A stretch of DNA of 17,935 nucleotides, taken from assembly GCA_031459625.1 (NCBI GenBank), contig JAVKIH010000037.1:1-17935 (forward strand), in the 5' to 3' direction. The notes below the pieces were generated by a model that ran no database searches, was not told where the DNA came from, and was given only the letters and a program-made list of their open reading frames with translations. This document shows positions 15,436 to 17,935 of this stretch, piece by piece. The translations under genes were made by a program, and so were the position numbers. How positions within the stretch are numbered: position 1 is the first letter of the stretch; every line of letters starts with the position of its first letter. This stretch comes from Candidatus Geohabitans tengchongensis (lineage in GTDB: Bacteria; Sysuimicrobiota; Sysuimicrobiia; Sysuimicrobiales; Humicultoraceae).

Positions 15436-15470
15436 CGCTAAGCGATGCGCTAAGCCGGCCGGGGTACCAT
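15436..15470 (+). promoter_or_regulatory. Direct-repeat operator plus -10 element, copy 5 (upstream of the PrsW-like/protease operon)
   Basis: CGCTAAG(15436-15442)-CGATG-CGCTAA(15448-15453)-11 nt-TACCAT(15465-15470); ATG at 15511. Confidence 0.8.
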
Positions 15471-15510
15471 CCCCTCCGACCGGCCGGGTGGCCGGGAGGA
15501 GGGCTGGCAG

Positions 15511-16932
15511 ATGGAGCACCGCGTGGAGGGAGGCCTCTCCCGCCGCAGCCTGTGGGTCGCCCAGGCGGCGAGCCTGGTGGGCCTTCTGGGCTGGGTGCTG
15601 GTGGTGCGGGCCCTGGCCGCATTCCCGGGAGTCTTGCCGCGGCTGGGGACGCTGGAGGCGGGCATCGTCCTGGCGGTCGTCCCGACCCTGCTGTGGCTCC
15701 TGCTCTTCTACGTGCAGGACGCCCGCGAACCGGAGCCGCTCGGCTACGTGCTGCGGGCGGCCGGAGCGGGCGCTGTGCTCGGGGCGGCGTTCGCCCTGCC
15801 GCTCGGCCGGGCGCTGGCCCCCGCGGCCGCCTTCCCGTCCACCGGGGTGGTGCTCGGGGGCCTGCTGCTGGCGGCGGCCGTCCAGGAGTTCGCCAAGTTC
15901 CTGGCGGTCCGCTACACCGTCTTCGAATCGCCCGAGTTCGACGAGGTGGCCGACGGCGTCACCTACGGCACGGCGGCGGGGTTGGGGTTGGCCGCGGTGC
16001 TCAACGTGCACCTCGTGGTCGCGGGGGCCGGCGTCGACCCGGTGCCGGCCACCTTGCGCATCGTCGTGACCGCCCTGGCCCACGCCACCTTCGGCGGGGT
16101 GCTGGGCTACTTCCTCGGGCGGGCCAAGCTGCAGGGCCGGTGGCGCGAGGTCGCGTGGGGCTACGGCGCGGCGGTGGTGCTCAACGCGCTCTTCGCCTAC
16201 CTCCTCGCCGAGGTCACGCGGTCCGGGCTCGCCTACCGCCCGTGGTACGGGTTCGTGCTGGCCGCGGCGGTGGCGGTGGCGGTCACGGCGCTGCTGCTCT
16301 GGCGGGTGCGGTCGCTGGGCCCCTCCACGGCGGCGGGGACGACTGCAGGCGCGGGCCAGCCCTCCTGGTCCCGGCTCGACCTGCGGCTGTGGGTGGCGCT
16401 GCTGGTCCTGCTGGCGCTGGGACTGGCCCCCGTCCGGGCCGCCGTCGGCGCCGTCACCATCTTCGCCCATCCCGACGGCCTGCGCCTCACCTATCCCGCC
16501 GGGTGGCTGGCCGCGCGCCGGGACGGGGCAGCGCTGGCCGTACAGGCGCCGGTCTCGCGGGGGCCCGTCCCCACCGAGCTGCGCGTCACCGCCGCCCCCC
16601 GGCCCCGGGGCCAGTCACCCGCGGCCATCGCCGCGGCGGACGCTGTCGCCCGCTCGGGGGCGCTCCCCCTCTACCGGGCCCTCGCCATCGAGCCGGCGAG
16701 CGTCCCCGGGGCGGAGGCGGTCGCGGTCGAGTACGCCTTTGTCACCGACCCCCACGCCGCCGTCCTGGCCGCCGAGCGGATCCCGGCGGTGGTGCGGGGG
16801 GTGGAACTGGTGGTCGTGACGTCCACGCGCGTCTTCCGCGTCGACCTGCGCACGAGCGCGGGGGGCTTCGAGCAGGTGCGGCCGACCTTCGACCGCATCC
16901 GGCGGAGCGTCCGGGTGGAGGAGCGCTCATGA
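15511..16932 (+). CDS. PrsW-family intramembrane protease-like protein (degenerate motifs) fused to a C-terminal PsbP/DcrB-like soluble domain, 473 aa
   Basis: SD GGGAGGAGG. PrsW hallmarks: 'FYVQDAREPEP', 'QEFAKF', 'EFDEVADGVTYGTAAGLG', 'AHATFGG..GYFLG'. After the last TM segment, 'HPDGLRLTYPAGW...FDRIRRSVRV' resembles PsbP/Mog1-fold domains (lower confidence). Confidence 0.82.
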   Translation: MEHRVEGGLSRRSLWVAQAASLVGLLGWVLVVRALAAFPGVLPRLGTLEAGIVLAVVPTLLWLLLFYVQDAREPEPLGYVLRAAGAGAVLGAAFALPLGRALAPAAAFPSTGVVLGGLLLAAAVQEFAKFLAVRYTVFESPEFDEVADGVTYGTAAGLGLAAVLNVHLVVAGAGVDPVPATLRIVVTALAHATFGGVLGYFLGRAKLQGRWREVAWGYGAAVVLNALFAYLLAEVTRSGLAYRPWYGFVLAAAVAVAVTALLLWRVRSLGPSTAAGTTAGAGQPSWSRLDLRLWVALLVLLALGLAPVRAAVGAVTIFAHPDGLRLTYPAGWLAARRDGAALAVQAPVSRGPVPTELRVTAAPRPRGQSPAAIAAADAVARSGALPLYRALAIEPASVPGAEAVAVEYAFVTDPHAAVLAAERIPAVVRGVELVVVTSTRVFRVDLRTSAGGFEQVRPTFDRIRRSVRVEERS

Positions 16933-17935
16933 GCCCGACGGGAGCCATCGCCCGCCGCGTGCTGGTCGCCCTGGCCGTGCTGGCCGCGGCCGCGGGCGTG
17001 GCCAGCGCGGAGGTGAGCGGCGACATCATCGAGCAGGCGGAGCAGCGCACGGTCCTGCTGCTCCTCCCCATGAAGGACAGGCTGGTGCTCCACTGCTCCG
17101 GATCCTTCATCACGCCCTCGGGGATGATCCTGACGGCCTCCCACTGCGTACGCGAGGTGAAGGGCCCCCGCAAGGGGCAGATCTACCTGCCCCAGGGGCG
17201 GGTGGTGGTCGCCGTGAACGTCCCCGGTAAGGTCAACCCCGTGCCCAAGCTGTGGGCGACGTACGTCGCCGACCTCCCCCAGGACGACCTGGCGCTGCTG
17301 CGGACGGTGGAGTTCCTGGGGTCCGAGGGGAAGCCGATCCCGCCAGGCTTCAGCGTCCCGCACATGCGGCTCGGCGACGTCGGACGGATCCGCAAGGGCG
17401 ACAGCATCGCGGTGCTGGGCTTTCCGGGCGTGGGCGGCATCTCCATCACCGTGGCCAAGGGGCACGTCACCGGCTTCGAGGCCGACGATAATGAGGTGAA
17501 GCGCCGGATGAAGCACGACGCCGCCGTGGGCGGCGGGGCGAGCGGCGGGCCGGTGGTGAACGAGCAGGGGGAGCAGGTGGCCGTGCACGTGGCCAGCGTG
17601 GCCGACCCGCAGCGCGCGGCCGCGGCGCGCTACGCCACCCTGGTCAGCCGCATCCCCCAGGCGTGGGCCCGGTACCTGGGGCAGGCCGCGGCGACCGCGC
17701 CTGAGCCCGGGCCTGGGCCTGCCCCCGGACCCGGACCGACACCCGCACCCGGACCTGCCCCCGGTCCAGGCGCTGCTCCCGGCCCAGGTCCAGGGACCGC
17801 CCCCGGTGCCCGGCCGGCCCCTGCCGCCCAGGGCGTGCTGGTGCAGGGGGTGATCGTGGACGCCGCCTCGGGCAAGGGCATCCCCAACGCGGGGTTCTTC
17901 ATCCTCCGCCCGGGGGTGGACCCCGAGCAGGCCGA
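16929..17935 (+). CDS. Secreted trypsin-like serine protease (3'-truncated) with Pro/Gly linker and the start of a carboxypeptidase-regulatory-like beta domain
   Basis: Not in the ORF track; translated by hand from the ATGA overlap at 16929. Signal 'MSPTGAIARRVLVALAVLAAAAGVASA'; 'CSGSFITPSGMILTASHCV' (His 17142); 'DDLALLR' (Asp 17286); 'VLGFPG'; 'GASGGPVVNEQGE' (Ser 17541); then 'VQGVIVDAASGKGIPNA'. No stop before the window end. Confidence 0.92.
   Translation, partial: MSPTGAIARRVLVALAVLAAAAGVASAEVSGDIIEQAEQRTVLLLLPMKDRLVLHCSGSFITPSGMILTASHCVREVKGPRKGQIYLPQGRVVVAVNVPGKVNPVPKLWATYVADLPQDDLALLRTVEFLGSEGKPIPPGFSVPHMRLGDVGRIRKGDSIAVLGFPGVGGISITVAKGHVTGFEADDNEVKRRMKHDAAVGGGASGGPVVNEQGEQVAVHVASVADPQRAAAARYATLVSRIPQAWARYLGQAAATAPEPGPGPAPGPGPTPAPGPAPGPGAAPGPGPGTAPGARPAPAAQGVLVQGVIVDAASGKGIPNAGFFILRPGVDPEQA
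17700..17828 (+). repeat. Low-complexity Pro/Gly/Ala linker-coding repeat
   Basis: Encodes PEPGPGPAPGPGPTPAPGPAPGPGAAPGPGPGTAPGARPAPAA with varied synonymous codons. Confidence 0.8.

Noticed and set aside
2303..15470. The repeated motif as CRISPR repeats, REP elements or IS ends
   Set aside because: Copies are dispersed, not palindromic, have no spacers, transposase or target duplications, and are always phased to a -10-like hexamer.
15140..15622. Intact 160-aa HEPN toxin
   Set aside because: Only about 55 codons match HEPN. The upstream part overlaps the PrsW-like gene and promoter, and the downstream part is unrelated.
15253..17902. Minus-strand ORFs 15253-16470, 16671-17588 and 17630-17902
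   Set aside because: They are antisense shadows of the PrsW-like and trypsin genes.

Overview
Very GC-rich bacterial window with no RNA genes, CRISPR array or recognisable transposase. It starts inside a large regulator gene (tail of an ATPase/winged-helix region, TPR repeats, and a C-terminal SARP-type DNA-binding + BTAD module). Downstream are a cupin, two very small ORFs, a secreted 7-blade WD40 protein on the minus strand, and a coupled operon of envelope proteins. That operon encodes a DUF4352-like lipoprotein, a membrane-anchored transglutaminase-like protein lacking the catalytic Cys, a discoidin/PPC/double-vWA lipoprotein, a frameshifted lipoprotein and a small secreted protein. The window ends with a remnant of an MNT-HEPN toxin-antitoxin pair, a degenerate PrsW-family protein, and a secreted trypsin-like protease that runs off the edge. 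The strongest unexplained signal is a promoter architecture, CGCTWAG-N5-CGCTAA-N10/11-TANNNT, found five times. Each copy is intergenic, oriented toward a downstream gene, and lies about 35-60 nt before its start codon. It resembles SARP operator/promoter geometry but with a 12-bp period. This suggests (inference) that the adjacent ATPase-TPR-SARP regulator controls a local cell-surface regulon.
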